Positions 30,082 to 40,425 of a stretch of 64,000 nucleotides of DNA are shown in pieces. Made by a program: the position numbers and the translations under genes. Each line of letters begins with the position of its first letter. Within the stretch, counting starts at the first letter, position 1. The notes below the pieces were generated by a model that made no database searches, was not told the origin of the DNA, and saw only the letters and a list, made by a program, of their open reading frames with translations. Source of the DNA: Cyanophyceae cyanobacterium (GTDB lineage Bacteria; Cyanobacteriota; Cyanobacteriia; Cyanobacteriales; Laspinemataceae); contig JBBQFN010000018.1 of the NCBI GenBank assembly GCA_038321985.1, positions 32,001 through 96,000 on the forward strand, given 5' to 3'.

Positions 30082-30999
30082 ATGGACTTACCCATCGTTT
30101 ATCATCCCGACTATGTGGCCCCTCTGCCGACTTCCCATCGCTTCCCGATGGAGAAGTTTCGGTTACTCCATGAAATGCTTTTAGGCGATCGCGTCGTGAA
30201 TTTATCCCAGTCTCACGCGCCGGAATTGCCCCCCCAGAACTGGATTGAATGGGTTCATATACCCGAATATGTCCAGGCATACTGCGAAGGCACTCTTGAC
30301 CCCAAAGCACAGCGACGGATTGGGTTACCGTGGTCGGAGGCCCTAGCAAATCGCACTTGTATCGCCGTCGGTGGCGGGATTTTGACGGCAAAACTTGCCT
30401 TAAACTATGGGTTGGCTTGTAATACGGCTGGGGGAACTCATCATGCCTTTCCCAGTTTTGGATCGGGGTTTTGCATTTTTAACGATTTGGCGATCGCCAC
30501 TCGGGTTGTCCAAAAACTGGAGGGGGTTCGTAAAGTATTAATTGTAGATTTGGACGTGCATCAAGGGGATGGGACGGCGTTTATTTTTCAAAATGACCCG
30601 GATGTATTTACCTTCGATATGCACTGTGAGGCCAATTTTCCCGGGCGAAAACAAACTAGCGATTTAGATGTACCGTTGCCAGTGGGGATGGAGGATGATG
30701 AATACTTACAAACTGTAGCCCGTTATTTACCGGATTTACTCTCCCAATTTAAGCCCGATTTAGTCTGGTATGACGCCGGGGTAGATGTTCATGCAGGCGA
30801 TCGCCTGGGTAAATTAGCCCTCAGCGATACAGGGATTTTTCGGCGGGATATGCAGGTGTTAAGTACCTGTGTAGCAGCCGGATATCCCGTTGCCTGTGCG
30901 ATCGGGGGGGGATATTGCGAGGATATGCGCGGTTTGGTTTACCGGCATTCTCTCTTACATCGTGCGGCTGCGCAAGTTTATCGCCAGTATCGCCTCTAA
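30082..30999 (+). CDS. Histone deacetylase family protein
   Basis: HRFPMEKF, GGTHHA, GFCIFND, DLDVHQGDG, AGVD and GGGY motifs. Confidence 0.93.
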   Translation: MDLPIVYHPDYVAPLPTSHRFPMEKFRLLHEMLLGDRVVNLSQSHAPELPPQNWIEWVHIPEYVQAYCEGTLDPKAQRRIGLPWSEALANRTCIAVGGGILTAKLALNYGLACNTAGGTHHAFPSFGSGFCIFNDLAIATRVVQKLEGVRKVLIVDLDVHQGDGTAFIFQNDPDVFTFDMHCEANFPGRKQTSDLDVPLPVGMEDDEYLQTVARYLPDLLSQFKPDLVWYDAGVDVHAGDRLGKLALSDTGIFRRDMQVLSTCVAAGYPVACAIGGGYCEDMRGLVYRHSLLHRAAAQVYRQYRL

Positions 31000-31065
31000 T
31001 CCCAAATACGCCTTTAAAAAGTCTAATTTATTCCGGTAGCCACTCCCTGTAGATGTGTCAGGATC

Positions 31066-32667
31066 CTACTCCCGTTGCAAAATTCTAACTATCCCTTTAG
31101 CGCTGCCACTGACCAGAAGTTGTCCATTGGGACTATAAACTAAGGACATAACGGCCCCGGTTTCTTCCGTTAGGGTGCAGACTAATTTGCCTGTAGGTAA
31201 ATGCCAGATTTTGACGGTACCATCGGCACTACCCGTGGCAAAAGTATTCCCATCAGGGGCGAGGGCGACTGCGGTTACGGGTCCTAAATGGGCGCTAAGA
31301 CTCCACAGCAGTTCTCCAGTTTCCAAATTCCAGAGTTGAATACTGCCATCGCCACTGCCACCGATTAGGAGTTGCTGGGGGGAAATGACGACTGCTTCGA
31401 TCGCATCTAAACTGCCATTGAGGACTGACATCGGTTGTTTAGTTTGGAACTGCCACAGAGTGATTGTGCCATCACCGCCACCCCGGGCTAAAATCTGACC
31501 ATCGGGGGAAATGGCGAGGGAAAAAATGGGTCCCGTATAATCCGTAAGGGTTTCGATTAATTCAGCCTTTGATAAATCCCACAATTTGATAGTTTCGTCA
31601 AAACTGCCACTCACTAGAGTTTTACCATCGGGGGAAATTGCCAGGGCTCGCACAGAACCCCCATGTCCGATGAGGGTTTCTTTTAAAGCGCCCCCCGGTA
31701 GTTCCCAAAGTTTAATCGTCTTATCCCAACTGGCAGAAGCGAGGGTTTTGCCATCCGGGGCGATCGCAATCGAAAATACCCCGCGTTTGTGTTCGGCAAG
31801 CACTTGCAACAGTTCTCCTGTAGACAGTTTCCACAGCTTGATACTGGTATCAAAACTTCCCGTTGCTAAAAGTTCTCCATCGGGAGTAATTGCCACAGAT
31901 CGCACCCAGTCCGCATGGGCAGGCAAACTGTGCAGGGAACTCCAACTCTGGATCGGAGGTTCCGAGGGTCCCACAAACGACGGTAGCACCACTTTAGATG
32001 AGGGCGGTTTAGATTTGACCGTTTGGGCTGTAGTAGCCGGTATAGGGGATTGCGGCGTTGGCGCTTCTACAGGGGTCGGGAGTTCCGGTTGCGGGCGCGG
32101 TGGGGCGGACGGAACCACGATTTGGGAAGACAATTGGGAAAGGGTTTCCTCTAATCGTTCTAAGCGATAGGAAAAAGAGGATCGATTCAAATAGGCGATC
32201 GCATTGCCCAGACTTTCATCCAAGAGAGCATATTGCTCTTTCAACCCGATGATTTCTTGTTGAATCCGGGATTCCACAGATTCTAACTTTAATAACCGGC
32301 TTTGAAACTGGACCCGTTCATCTGGGGACCCCGCAGGCAAGGGGGGGCTACTCCCTTCTTCTACCTCGACTAGGGGAAGGGGAAGTTGCTTTTGTGCCTC
32401 CACTCGTTGGGTGAGCACCTCTAGTTCTTCTCCCAATTGTCGATGCAGCCGATTCGCTGTCCCACTGATCCGGCGAGTCTGGTGTTCGACGCGATACCGG
32501 GCGATCGCATTCAGAATCAGGGAACAGCAAATTAAAGGGGCAGCTACATAGATTGCCCCATTAAAAAAGACCGCCACGATCGCCGCCACCAGGGACGCGA
32601 ACAAGGAAGCATATTCTAGAGTTTCTAGCCAATGACGGTAATTTGACATCGAGTCCTTCCCAGCCAC
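31066..32667 (-). CDS. Membrane-anchored coiled-coil + 7xWD40 protein
   Basis: Two N-terminal TM segments, a coiled coil, a Pro-rich linker and diverged WD40 repeats. Confidence 0.85.
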   Translation of the reverse strand: MAGKDSMSNYRHWLETLEYASLFASLVAAIVAVFFNGAIYVAAPLICCSLILNAIARYRVEHQTRRISGTANRLHRQLGEELEVLTQRVEAQKQLPLPLVEVEEGSSPPLPAGSPDERVQFQSRLLKLESVESRIQQEIIGLKEQYALLDESLGNAIAYLNRSSFSYRLERLEETLSQLSSQIVVPSAPPRPQPELPTPVEAPTPQSPIPATTAQTVKSKPPSSKVVLPSFVGPSEPPIQSWSSLHSLPAHADWVRSVAITPDGELLATGSFDTSIKLWKLSTGELLQVLAEHKRGVFSIAIAPDGKTLASASWDKTIKLWELPGGALKETLIGHGGSVRALAISPDGKTLVSGSFDETIKLWDLSKAELIETLTDYTGPIFSLAISPDGQILARGGGDGTITLWQFQTKQPMSVLNGSLDAIEAVVISPQQLLIGGSGDGSIQLWNLETGELLWSLSAHLGPVTAVALAPDGNTFATGSADGTVKIWHLPTGKLVCTLTEETGAVMSLVYSPNGQLLVSGSAKGIVRILQRE

Positions 32668-32692
32668 CGGAGCCTATATTATGATCGCCATT

Positions 32693-34093
32693 CTATAATC
32701 CTAAAACAAGCTTTGCGACATTAAAGTAAATTAGAACACCCAAGACATCGACGGCAGTGGTAATAAATGGCGCTGACATCAGGGCGGGATCTAACTTCAT
32801 GGCGCGGAATAAAAAGGGCAGGGCCGAACCTGCTACCGATGCCAAAATTGAAATCGCTATCAGAGAGACGCCGACGGAGAAGGCAACCTGAATATTTCCT
32901 TGCAGCAGGAAATACGCCCAAATGGTGGCGATCGTTCCCAAGATTCCGCCTAGTAAGGCTCCCGCCATCCCCTCTCGTAAGACTACTTGTAGAGGGCCGA
33001 GTAACCGCATTTCATCCGTATTCATCCCGCGAATCACCACAGTGGAAGACTGAGCACCGACATTTCCGCCCGTACCCGTAAGCAGGGGAATAAAGGCAGC
33101 GAGAACCACAACTTCTTGTAAGAGGTCCCTTTGGGAGTTAATAATTGATCCCGTGACTGTATTGGTCAGTAATAAGACGAACAGCCAAACGACACGCCGT
33201 CGGGCTACCGTCCATAAATTCATCTCGAAATAATTATCCCCGTCGGATTGGACCCCACCCAAAGCATAAATATCCTCGGTGGTTTCCTGTTCCATGATGT
33301 CGATCGCGTCATCGATGGTGATGACGCCGACTAAACGCTGTTCCCGATCCACCACGGGGATCGCGAGGAAATCATAGCGCTGAATCAGTCGGGAAACTTC
33401 TTCGCGATCGGTGTCTGTATGAACAAACACCACATCCCGAGTCATAATTTCACTGATTTTTTGCTCCGGTGAACTAATCACCAGATCCCGCAGGGAAACG
33501 ATTCCGGTTAACCGGCGATCGCTATCCATGACATAGAGATAATAAATAATTTCGGCAACCGGAGACAGGGTGCGAATCCGTTCCAGAGTCTGGCTGACGC
33601 TCATATTTTCCCGGACTGAAATATATTCAGGGGTCATAATCCGCCCGGAAGTCCCGGCTTCGTACCCCATCAGCAGGGCTGTAGACTGCCATTCTGTGGG
33701 GGAAAGTTGAGCACGCAAGCGGCGCACCACTTTCGAGGGGAGCTCGTCTAGAAGTCGGGCGCGATCGTCCGGGGACATATTGCCAATGATATCTAAGACG
33801 TCCTGGCGCTTGAAGTCTTCTAAAAGCACCTGTTGGACACTGGAATCAAGATATTCGTAAACTTCGGTTGCTTCGGATTTGGACAGCAACCGAAAGGCGA
33901 TCGCCTGCATCGCTTCCGGCATTCCTTCGATTGCCTCGGCGATATCCACAGGTTGAACGGGGACCAAAATCGCTTTAGCGCTTTGGAGGTCCCCTTGTTT
34001 AAGCAGTGCTTGCACTTGCGATCGCACTAATTCAGGTATTTCTCTCCGCGACAGGGTCCCGAGGGGAGAGGGTATCGGTTGAGGTTCAGTCAA
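32693..34093 (-). CDS. mgtE: Magnesium transporter MgtE (copy 2)
   Basis: MgtE_N region, CBS pair, FIPLLTGTGGNVGAQS and DPALMSAPFITTAVD. Confidence 0.95.
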   Translation of the reverse strand: MTEPQPIPSPLGTLSRREIPELVRSQVQALLKQGDLQSAKAILVPVQPVDIAEAIEGMPEAMQAIAFRLLSKSEATEVYEYLDSSVQQVLLEDFKRQDVLDIIGNMSPDDRARLLDELPSKVVRRLRAQLSPTEWQSTALLMGYEAGTSGRIMTPEYISVRENMSVSQTLERIRTLSPVAEIIYYLYVMDSDRRLTGIVSLRDLVISSPEQKISEIMTRDVVFVHTDTDREEVSRLIQRYDFLAIPVVDREQRLVGVITIDDAIDIMEQETTEDIYALGGVQSDGDNYFEMNLWTVARRRVVWLFVLLLTNTVTGSIINSQRDLLQEVVVLAAFIPLLTGTGGNVGAQSSTVVIRGMNTDEMRLLGPLQVVLREGMAGALLGGILGTIATIWAYFLLQGNIQVAFSVGVSLIAISILASVAGSALPFLFRAMKLDPALMSAPFITTAVDVLGVLIYFNVAKLVLGL

Positions 34094-34334
34094 ATCAAAC
34101 TCCCTGGATCCAGTCCGATCAGTATTCTGTACAATTTAGAATCACCCCAACCCATTGCCCTAGGGCGTCTGGGTAGGGATGGGCTTGAAGGGACCAGAAA
34201 CTGGGTTTCTGCCCCTAATTTGTGGCATAAAAGGCAGCGCTGTTGTGAAGAAACCGGGTTTATGACCTTTACTGTACCTGTCCCCCCAAGCAAAACAAGG
34301 GGAGGCGAAGGGGATATATCCAGCAGTTTCCCCG

Positions 34335-35738
34335 TCATTCCACACCGCCCAAAAGCTGCTGTGCCACCGTTAAATAAATTAACACCCCAAGCACATCGAC
34401 TGCGGTAGTAATAAATGGCGCGGACATCAATGCCGGATCAAATCCCACCCGATAGAATAAAAACGGCAGGGCGGACCCGGCGAAGGAGGCGAGAATCGTA
34501 ATCGCCAGTAAACTAATTCCCACCGAAATTGCAACAAGCGAATTTCCGGCCAAGAAATAGGCCCAAATTATCACGACAATCGACAGCATCATCCCTAACA
34601 GCGCCCCGGCTGTCGTCTCCCGTCCGATAGTTTTCCAGGCTTTTCCTTCCCCAATTGCATTGATATTTAATCCCCGAATTACCACCGTTGAGGACTGTGC
34701 ACCCACGTTGCCCCCAGTGTCAATTAATAAGGGAATAAACGCCGCCAGTGCGACCACTTCTTGGAGAATATCTTCTTTAGCTCGAATCACGGCTGAAGTG
34801 GCTGTATTCGTAATTAATAAAATAAACAGCCAAACTACACGCTTTCGCGCCACCGTAAATAAATTAGTTTGAAAATAATTTTCCTTCCCCCCTTCTACTC
34901 CACCTAGGGCATAAATATCTTCGGTTGTTTCGGCTTCCACTACATCCATGACATCATCAACGGTGATAATTCCCACAAGACGCTGTTCGCTATCGACAAC
35001 CGGCAAGGCTAGAAAATCATAACGCTGAATTAATCGGGCCGCTTCCTCCCGGTCGGTTTCTGTGGATACAAAAACAGTTTCTCGACGGGTAATTTCTGAT
35101 AACCGTTGTTCCGGGTCGGACACCACTAAATCCCGCAGAGAAATCGTGCCAATTAAGCGACGGGAGCTATCAGTCACGTAAAGGTAATAAATGATTTCGC
35201 TGACATTGGCTAAATTTCTAATCCGGTCTAGGGCTTGAGCTACGGTCATATTTTCTTTGACCGCGATATACTCCGGGGTCATCATCCTCCCGGCGCTGTC
35301 TGGGGGATAGCCTAATAGCAGCGAGGTGGTTTGTCGTTCTTCCGGACTCAGTTGTTCAAGAATACGCTTAACAACTTTAGCTGGCAATTCATCGAATAAC
35401 CGGGCGCGGTCATCCGGGGACATTTTATCTACAATGTCCAGAACATCCTGGCGTTTGAATTCTTCGATTAAGGCGTATTGAACAGTGGAATCCAGATGTT
35501 CGTAAACTTCGATCGCCTCTTCTTTAGACAGCAGCCGAAAGGCGATCGCTTGCATGGTTTCCGGTAACCCTTCAATGGCCTCAGCAATATCGGGCGGTTG
35601 CACCGGAACCAGTAATATTTTAGCACCTTGAAGATTGTTTTGTTCGAGCAAGCGTTGTAATTGCGATCGCACGAGTTCACGCAATTCTTCTCGGGTTGTT
35701 AACGGGACAGACGGCAATTCTGTATTATTATCGGTCAT
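34335..35738 (-). CDS. mgtE: Magnesium transporter MgtE (copy 1)
   Basis: Same motif set: FIPLLIDTGGNVGAQS and DPALMSAPFITTAVD. Confidence 0.95.
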   Translation of the reverse strand: MTDNNTELPSVPLTTREELRELVRSQLQRLLEQNNLQGAKILLVPVQPPDIAEAIEGLPETMQAIAFRLLSKEEAIEVYEHLDSTVQYALIEEFKRQDVLDIVDKMSPDDRARLFDELPAKVVKRILEQLSPEERQTTSLLLGYPPDSAGRMMTPEYIAVKENMTVAQALDRIRNLANVSEIIYYLYVTDSSRRLIGTISLRDLVVSDPEQRLSEITRRETVFVSTETDREEAARLIQRYDFLALPVVDSEQRLVGIITVDDVMDVVEAETTEDIYALGGVEGGKENYFQTNLFTVARKRVVWLFILLITNTATSAVIRAKEDILQEVVALAAFIPLLIDTGGNVGAQSSTVVIRGLNINAIGEGKAWKTIGRETTAGALLGMMLSIVVIIWAYFLAGNSLVAISVGISLLAITILASFAGSALPFLFYRVGFDPALMSAPFITTAVDVLGVLIYLTVAQQLLGGVE

Positions 35739-35997
35739 GATCCACTCTCTAATCGGTTCTACAGTTCCGAGTGTGGTTGGGGTTTTTACCCAATCTCTAG
35801 GGTCTGATGCAGTCGAAATCAGGCAACAGCATCTGAGATCTGTTGCGATCGCTGTTGCGCGATTCCCTTTTTGGAGAGTCCCAAACCCATCCGGTTCGCA
35901 GTTGACTAATGGGTTGCTTCCATCCGAGATCGCTACCCAAAACGCTACCCGAAATCGGTAATAGGGACTTAAATTTTATATCCGCACGCAGGTTAGG

Positions 35998-36264
35998 CTA
36001 ACTCTCTGGCTGCCTAACTCTCACCCATTGTCTCAACTCTTTACGCTGTCGGTGATTCATCGTTCATCTCCATTGCTAACATAACCGCCCTCTTCCCGGG
36101 CGGTCACGAGATGAACCTGAAAACTCGCAGGTGGAGTCACACTAGGTCATTTCAATGACTAGACCGCCCGGTTGTGGGGAAACGGTCGAGGTTCGTCTAA
36201 AGGCTCGTCAGCCATTGAGTCTGCCTGAGTAATCGTTGCAATACAACTACTACCAGAGCTTTCC
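35998..36264 (-). promoter_or_regulatory. Structured mgtE leader with alternative pairings and a 20-aa uORF (candidate riboswitch/attenuator)
   Basis: Multi-stem 5' domain (36199-36262); mutually exclusive helices involving 36096-36105; RBS-occluding helix 36062-70/36108-16; uORF 36060-35998. Confidence 0.45.
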
Positions 36265-36485
36265 ACTTGAGTATTTCCTACTTGTTTAAGTTACGTTTAA
36301 GAAGGGGAACTCAGATTATTCTGAAGCCCTTTGTTTTTATACCACTCTTCAGAAAACAGGTCAAGCTCTTTTTTTGTTTTTTTTGTCTTCCGGTATTTCC
36401 CCTCCTCCAACTCGCTCCCAATTGCCTAATTCTCATCGCTCTGTTTTAATTTCAATATTGGACTGATTCCAGGCTAGAAATGTTT

Positions 36486-38129
36486 TTAAACCGGATAAAA
36501 TTCTCCGGGTTGGTTGGTAGATTTTACCACTAAAACAGGAACCACACTCCCTGCTAAAACGCCCTGATAAACCGACAGTGCTGCCCCTTTTTTTTCCGAA
36601 TTTGCTCCTTTACCCAGGATAAGCGCCGTTACAGAATGAGCTTGACACTTCTCCAAAATTGTTTCTACGATTGTGCCTTTTTCAATAATAAATTGATAAC
36701 GGATATCAGCTAATAATTTTTGAGTTAAGTCCTGAAGCGCTTTGATTTCAGTTTTTCTCTCTTCCGTTACCACATACAAAACAATAACCTCTCCGTTACT
36801 GCGTCGGGCTAAATCTGCCGTTTTTTTCAAGACTTCCCGGGCTAGAGGTGAACTATCTACAGCAGCCAAAAATAAAGTCTTTGTATTAACCGGGACTGTT
36901 GTCGGGTCTACTTCTCCTTGTGTGAGCAATCGCGGCGCAAAAGTGGGAATCGCCCAAGCACCCAAAGGGGCAGTCACTAAAATTGAAAGGGCGGCAACTG
37001 CTAAAATAATTTCTCCCCCTGGAATCCCATATGCTAAAGGCAGTGCACCCAAGGCCGCCTGTACGGTTGCTTTAGCTGAATTTCCCGGCAGTAAAAACAG
37101 TTTTTCTTGCCAATTCCAATTACTACCCGCAGTGGAAAGATACCAGCCAATCGTCCGTCCCATTAATAAACCGATGGCTAAAATAGCCAGGCCAGGTAAC
37201 AGAATATCTCCCAAAACCTGGATTTGAATACTGGCTCCCATTAAGACAAATAAAATAATTTCTGCCACCACCCAAAGCGCATCAAATCCATTGCGTAATC
37301 GTCGAGCCAGAGGGGCATCTAATCCGATTAAAAAGAATCCCATCGACATCACGGCTAAATAGCCAGAAAAATAAGGAAATTCTCGGGCAGTAATCACCGC
37401 CAAGGATGCCACAACTGCGGCAATTAAGATATCTTGTACTGGGTTTTTAGCCCAGCTTTGCCGTTCTAAGAGGGATACTAATAATTGAGCGGCTAAATAC
37501 CCAAAAAATACCCCGAAAACAAGTTGGGTAAGGGCTTGGAAGGCCAGTAATAAGAGTGGATGAATGGGGAGGTTAAACAGTAAAGTAACCGGAGTCATTT
37601 CCCCTTGCTGGAGGACATTTAAGAGTAAACTAAACCCTAGGAGGAGGACGACATCAGAGAGAGCAGACCCGGTTAAAATGGCATCGGGAATGCCTTTAGT
37701 GACGCCCCAACCCAACCGCTTTAGACGCAACATTCCAGGTACAATAACCGCTGGAGATTCCGCTGCAATAATGCAACCTAGTAATAATCCCGTTAATAGG
37801 TCAAATTGGAAGAGAAACATAGCAGCAATGGCGATCGCCATTGCTTCTGCAATTGCCGGTAAAATGCCCAACCGTAGGGCAACGGTTCCCTGTTGCGTCA
37901 GCTTTTCCCAGTCGAGTCCCAATCCGGCTTTCATCAGGATAATCATCACGGCGACTGTCCTACCGTCATCAGCAGCGGCGAGCATCTCCGGTGCCAGGCG
38001 ATTTCCCATCTCTGGCCCCAGGATGACTCCTACCAAAATCATGCCCAGTAACGGCGGCGCACCGAGGCGGCGGGCAAACTGACCCGCAAAAAAGCCCATC
38101 CCTAAGATCCAAATTGTACTGATTAACAT
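36486..38129 (-). CDS. Cation:proton antiporter (CPA1) with a C-terminal universal stress protein domain
   Basis: Multiple TM segments; AESPAVIVP, GSALSDV, KATVQAA; USP-like LAAVDSS...LILGKG...PVLVVK. Confidence 0.88.
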   Translation of the reverse strand: MLISTIWILGMGFFAGQFARRLGAPPLLGMILVGVILGPEMGNRLAPEMLAAADDGRTVAVMIILMKAGLGLDWEKLTQQGTVALRLGILPAIAEAMAIAIAAMFLFQFDLLTGLLLGCIIAAESPAVIVPGMLRLKRLGWGVTKGIPDAILTGSALSDVVLLLGFSLLLNVLQQGEMTPVTLLFNLPIHPLLLLAFQALTQLVFGVFFGYLAAQLLVSLLERQSWAKNPVQDILIAAVVASLAVITAREFPYFSGYLAVMSMGFFLIGLDAPLARRLRNGFDALWVVAEIILFVLMGASIQIQVLGDILLPGLAILAIGLLMGRTIGWYLSTAGSNWNWQEKLFLLPGNSAKATVQAALGALPLAYGIPGGEIILAVAALSILVTAPLGAWAIPTFAPRLLTQGEVDPTTVPVNTKTLFLAAVDSSPLAREVLKKTADLARRSNGEVIVLYVVTEERKTEIKALQDLTQKLLADIRYQFIIEKGTIVETILEKCQAHSVTALILGKGANSEKKGAALSVYQGVLAGSVVPVLVVKSTNQPGEFYPV

Positions 38130-38216
38130 TCCCTGTACTCCTGAACGGGTGTAGAATGGCCGCCCCAGGAGTCGATTGATGAGATCGCCCTACCTCCTGG
38201 CATTCAGCCTGGAAAG

Positions 38217-38287
38217 GTAGGAGCCATCAGCCCTTCAGCCCCAATTGGGATCGCTGAAATAGGCGGTTATGGCGAGCTCCATCGCCT
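38217..38287 (-). ncRNA. Fluoride riboswitch (crcB motif)
   Basis: The minus strand reads GGCGATGGAGCTCGCCATAACCGC...GCTGATGGCTCCTAC, matching the crcB consensus (P1 GGCGA/TCGCC, pseudoknot GGAG/CTCC). It lies upstream of the antiporter. Confidence 0.92.
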
Positions 38288-38480
38288 TCAATCTTAAATC
38301 AGCACTTAATATAGCATAAATTTTAGTAAAACCCCATAGAGTGACCGAAAGTTGATAATCGGGCAGGGGGAATAAGATCTCCCCATCGTCTGCGGCAATC
38401 TCTTTCTGGAGATAGAATCCACCGGAGGATTAAGTTTTGTAAAATCCAGACTAAGCGGGAATTTAAACAGGAGTTCTTTC

Positions 38481-40184
38481 ATGTCCCAGTCCCAGTACGA
38501 TGTAATTATAATTGGAGCCGGCCATAACGGTTTAGTGTGTGCTGCATACCTTTTAAAAGCGGGTAAAAGCGTCTTAGTATTAGAAAAGCGTTTAGTTCCC
38601 GGGGGGGCGGCCACTACCGAAGAATCCTTACCGGAAGAAGCACCGGGGTTTAAGTTTAACCTCTGTGCGATCGACCATGAATTTATCCACCTTGGGCCAG
38701 TTGTAGAAGAATTAGAACTAACTAAATACGGATTAGAGTATCTGTATTGCGACCCCGTGCTCTTTTGTCCCCAACCTGATGGGAGATACTTCCTGGGGCA
38801 TAAATCTGTAGATCAAACCTGTAATGAAATTGCCCGGTATAGCGAACGCGATGCCAAAAAATATGGAGAATTTGTCCATTATTGGCAGCGAGTTTTAAAT
38901 GCGATCGCCCCAATATTCAACGCCCCGCCCAAATCGATTATCGATATCACGGGCAATTATAATTTCGATAAAATTAAAGACCTGCTTTCCCTACTGGGAA
39001 CCCCGGATAAAATACTAGATTTTGCCCGGACTATGCTCAGTAGTCCCCAGGATATGTTAGAGGAATGGTTCGATACCGAAGTGGTCAAAGGACCGTTGGC
39101 AAGACTGGCCGCAGAAATGAGCGTACCCCCCTCACAAAAAGGGATGTCCGTTGGTGCAATTATGATGGCAATGCGGCACAATCCTGGCATGGCAAGACCC
39201 CGAGGTGGCACCGGCGCACTCACCCAAGCATTAGTTAACCGGGTGATGAGTCTGGGGGGTGAAATCTTGTGCGATCGCTCCGTCGAACAAATTTTAGTTG
39301 ATAATGGTCGTGCTGTAGGCGTCCGGGTTGGCGGAGGGCAAGAATACCGCGTTAAAGAAGGAGTCATTTCCAATATTGATGCCAAACGAGTCTTTTTAGA
39401 ATTAGTTAATCCCGGAGATATTGACTCGCGCGACCCCAACTTACGCGAGCGTGTAGACCGCCGCATTGTTAACAACAATGAAAGCATCCTAAAATTGGAT
39501 TGCGCCCTATCGGAAATGCCACGATTTGAAGCCTACAATCATCAGGATGAATATTTAATTGGGTCGGTCGTGATTGCCGATTCCGTCCACCATGTCGAAA
39601 CGGGTCACAGTCTGTGCCAACTCGGCATCGTTCCCGATGAAAATCCTTCTATGTATGCCGTGGTTCCCACCGTTCTTGACCCCTCAATGGCCCCGGATGG
39701 GAAGCATACGCTCTGGGTCGAATTTTTCGCTCCCTATCAGATTCATGGTGCAGAAGGAACCGGACAAAATGGCACGGGATGGACTGACGAACTCAAAAAT
39801 AAAGTAGCCGATCGCCTGATTGATAAACTCTCCGATTATGCGCCTAATGTCAAAAATTCAATTATTGCGCGACGGGTCGAAAGTCCACCGGAACTGAGCG
39901 CTCGCCTCGGGTCCTACAAGGGCAATCATTACCATATTGATATGACCCTAGACCAGATGATTTTCTTCCGTCCCCTCCCAGAAATTGCCAATTACAAAAC
40001 TCCCATAGACGGGTTATTTTTAACCGGGGCAGGAACCCATCCGGGCGGTTCAATTTCCGGAATGCCTGGACGAAATTGCGCGCGGGTGTTTTTATTCCAT
40101 CAACAGCCGATGAGCCAAACGTTGAAAGATGCGACAAATTCCGTGAAGTCCCTGGCAAACTCCGTGTTTAATTTGTCAAGTTAA
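38481..40184 (+). CDS. crtO: Beta-carotene ketolase (CrtO type)
   Basis: IGAGHNGLVCAAYLLKAG...APGFKFNLCAIDHEFIHLGPVVEEL and GAGTHPGGSISGMPGRNCA, typical of cyanobacterial CrtO. Confidence 0.85.
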   Translation: MSQSQYDVIIIGAGHNGLVCAAYLLKAGKSVLVLEKRLVPGGAATTEESLPEEAPGFKFNLCAIDHEFIHLGPVVEELELTKYGLEYLYCDPVLFCPQPDGRYFLGHKSVDQTCNEIARYSERDAKKYGEFVHYWQRVLNAIAPIFNAPPKSIIDITGNYNFDKIKDLLSLLGTPDKILDFARTMLSSPQDMLEEWFDTEVVKGPLARLAAEMSVPPSQKGMSVGAIMMAMRHNPGMARPRGGTGALTQALVNRVMSLGGEILCDRSVEQILVDNGRAVGVRVGGGQEYRVKEGVISNIDAKRVFLELVNPGDIDSRDPNLRERVDRRIVNNNESILKLDCALSEMPRFEAYNHQDEYLIGSVVIADSVHHVETGHSLCQLGIVPDENPSMYAVVPTVLDPSMAPDGKHTLWVEFFAPYQIHGAEGTGQNGTGWTDELKNKVADRLIDKLSDYAPNVKNSIIARRVESPPELSARLGSYKGNHYHIDMTLDQMIFFRPLPEIANYKTPIDGLFLTGAGTHPGGSISGMPGRNCARVFLFHQQPMSQTLKDATNSVKSLANSVFNLSS

Positions 40185-40191
40185 TATCCCA

Positions 40192-40220
40192 TTAACCCTC
40201 ACTTTAAAGGTGAGGGTTAA
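40192..40220 (+). terminator. Hairpin after crtO
   Basis: TTAACCCTCAC-TTTAAAG-GTGAGGGTTAA. Confidence 0.6.
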
Positions 40221-40425
40221 ACCTATTCAAGCCGCCTATTGCCTAGTTTTACAAAGCCCAAATTTAATTTAAACGGCCTCTAGGATTAAAAATTTTAAAG
40301 GGTATGGAAATTATGAAATATTAAATTTTTAAGTCTTTTGGAATTTATTCTATTTTAATTTGTTTTTGACATTTTCCTCCTTTAGGAGGCATTAGATCAA
40401 CATTAATAAAGGAGATTTACTCACT

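Noticed and set aside
40375..40390. TCCTCC-TTTA-GGAGGC palindrome as another member of the shared promoter box
   Set aside because: No -10-like hexamer at 22-23 nt downstream.
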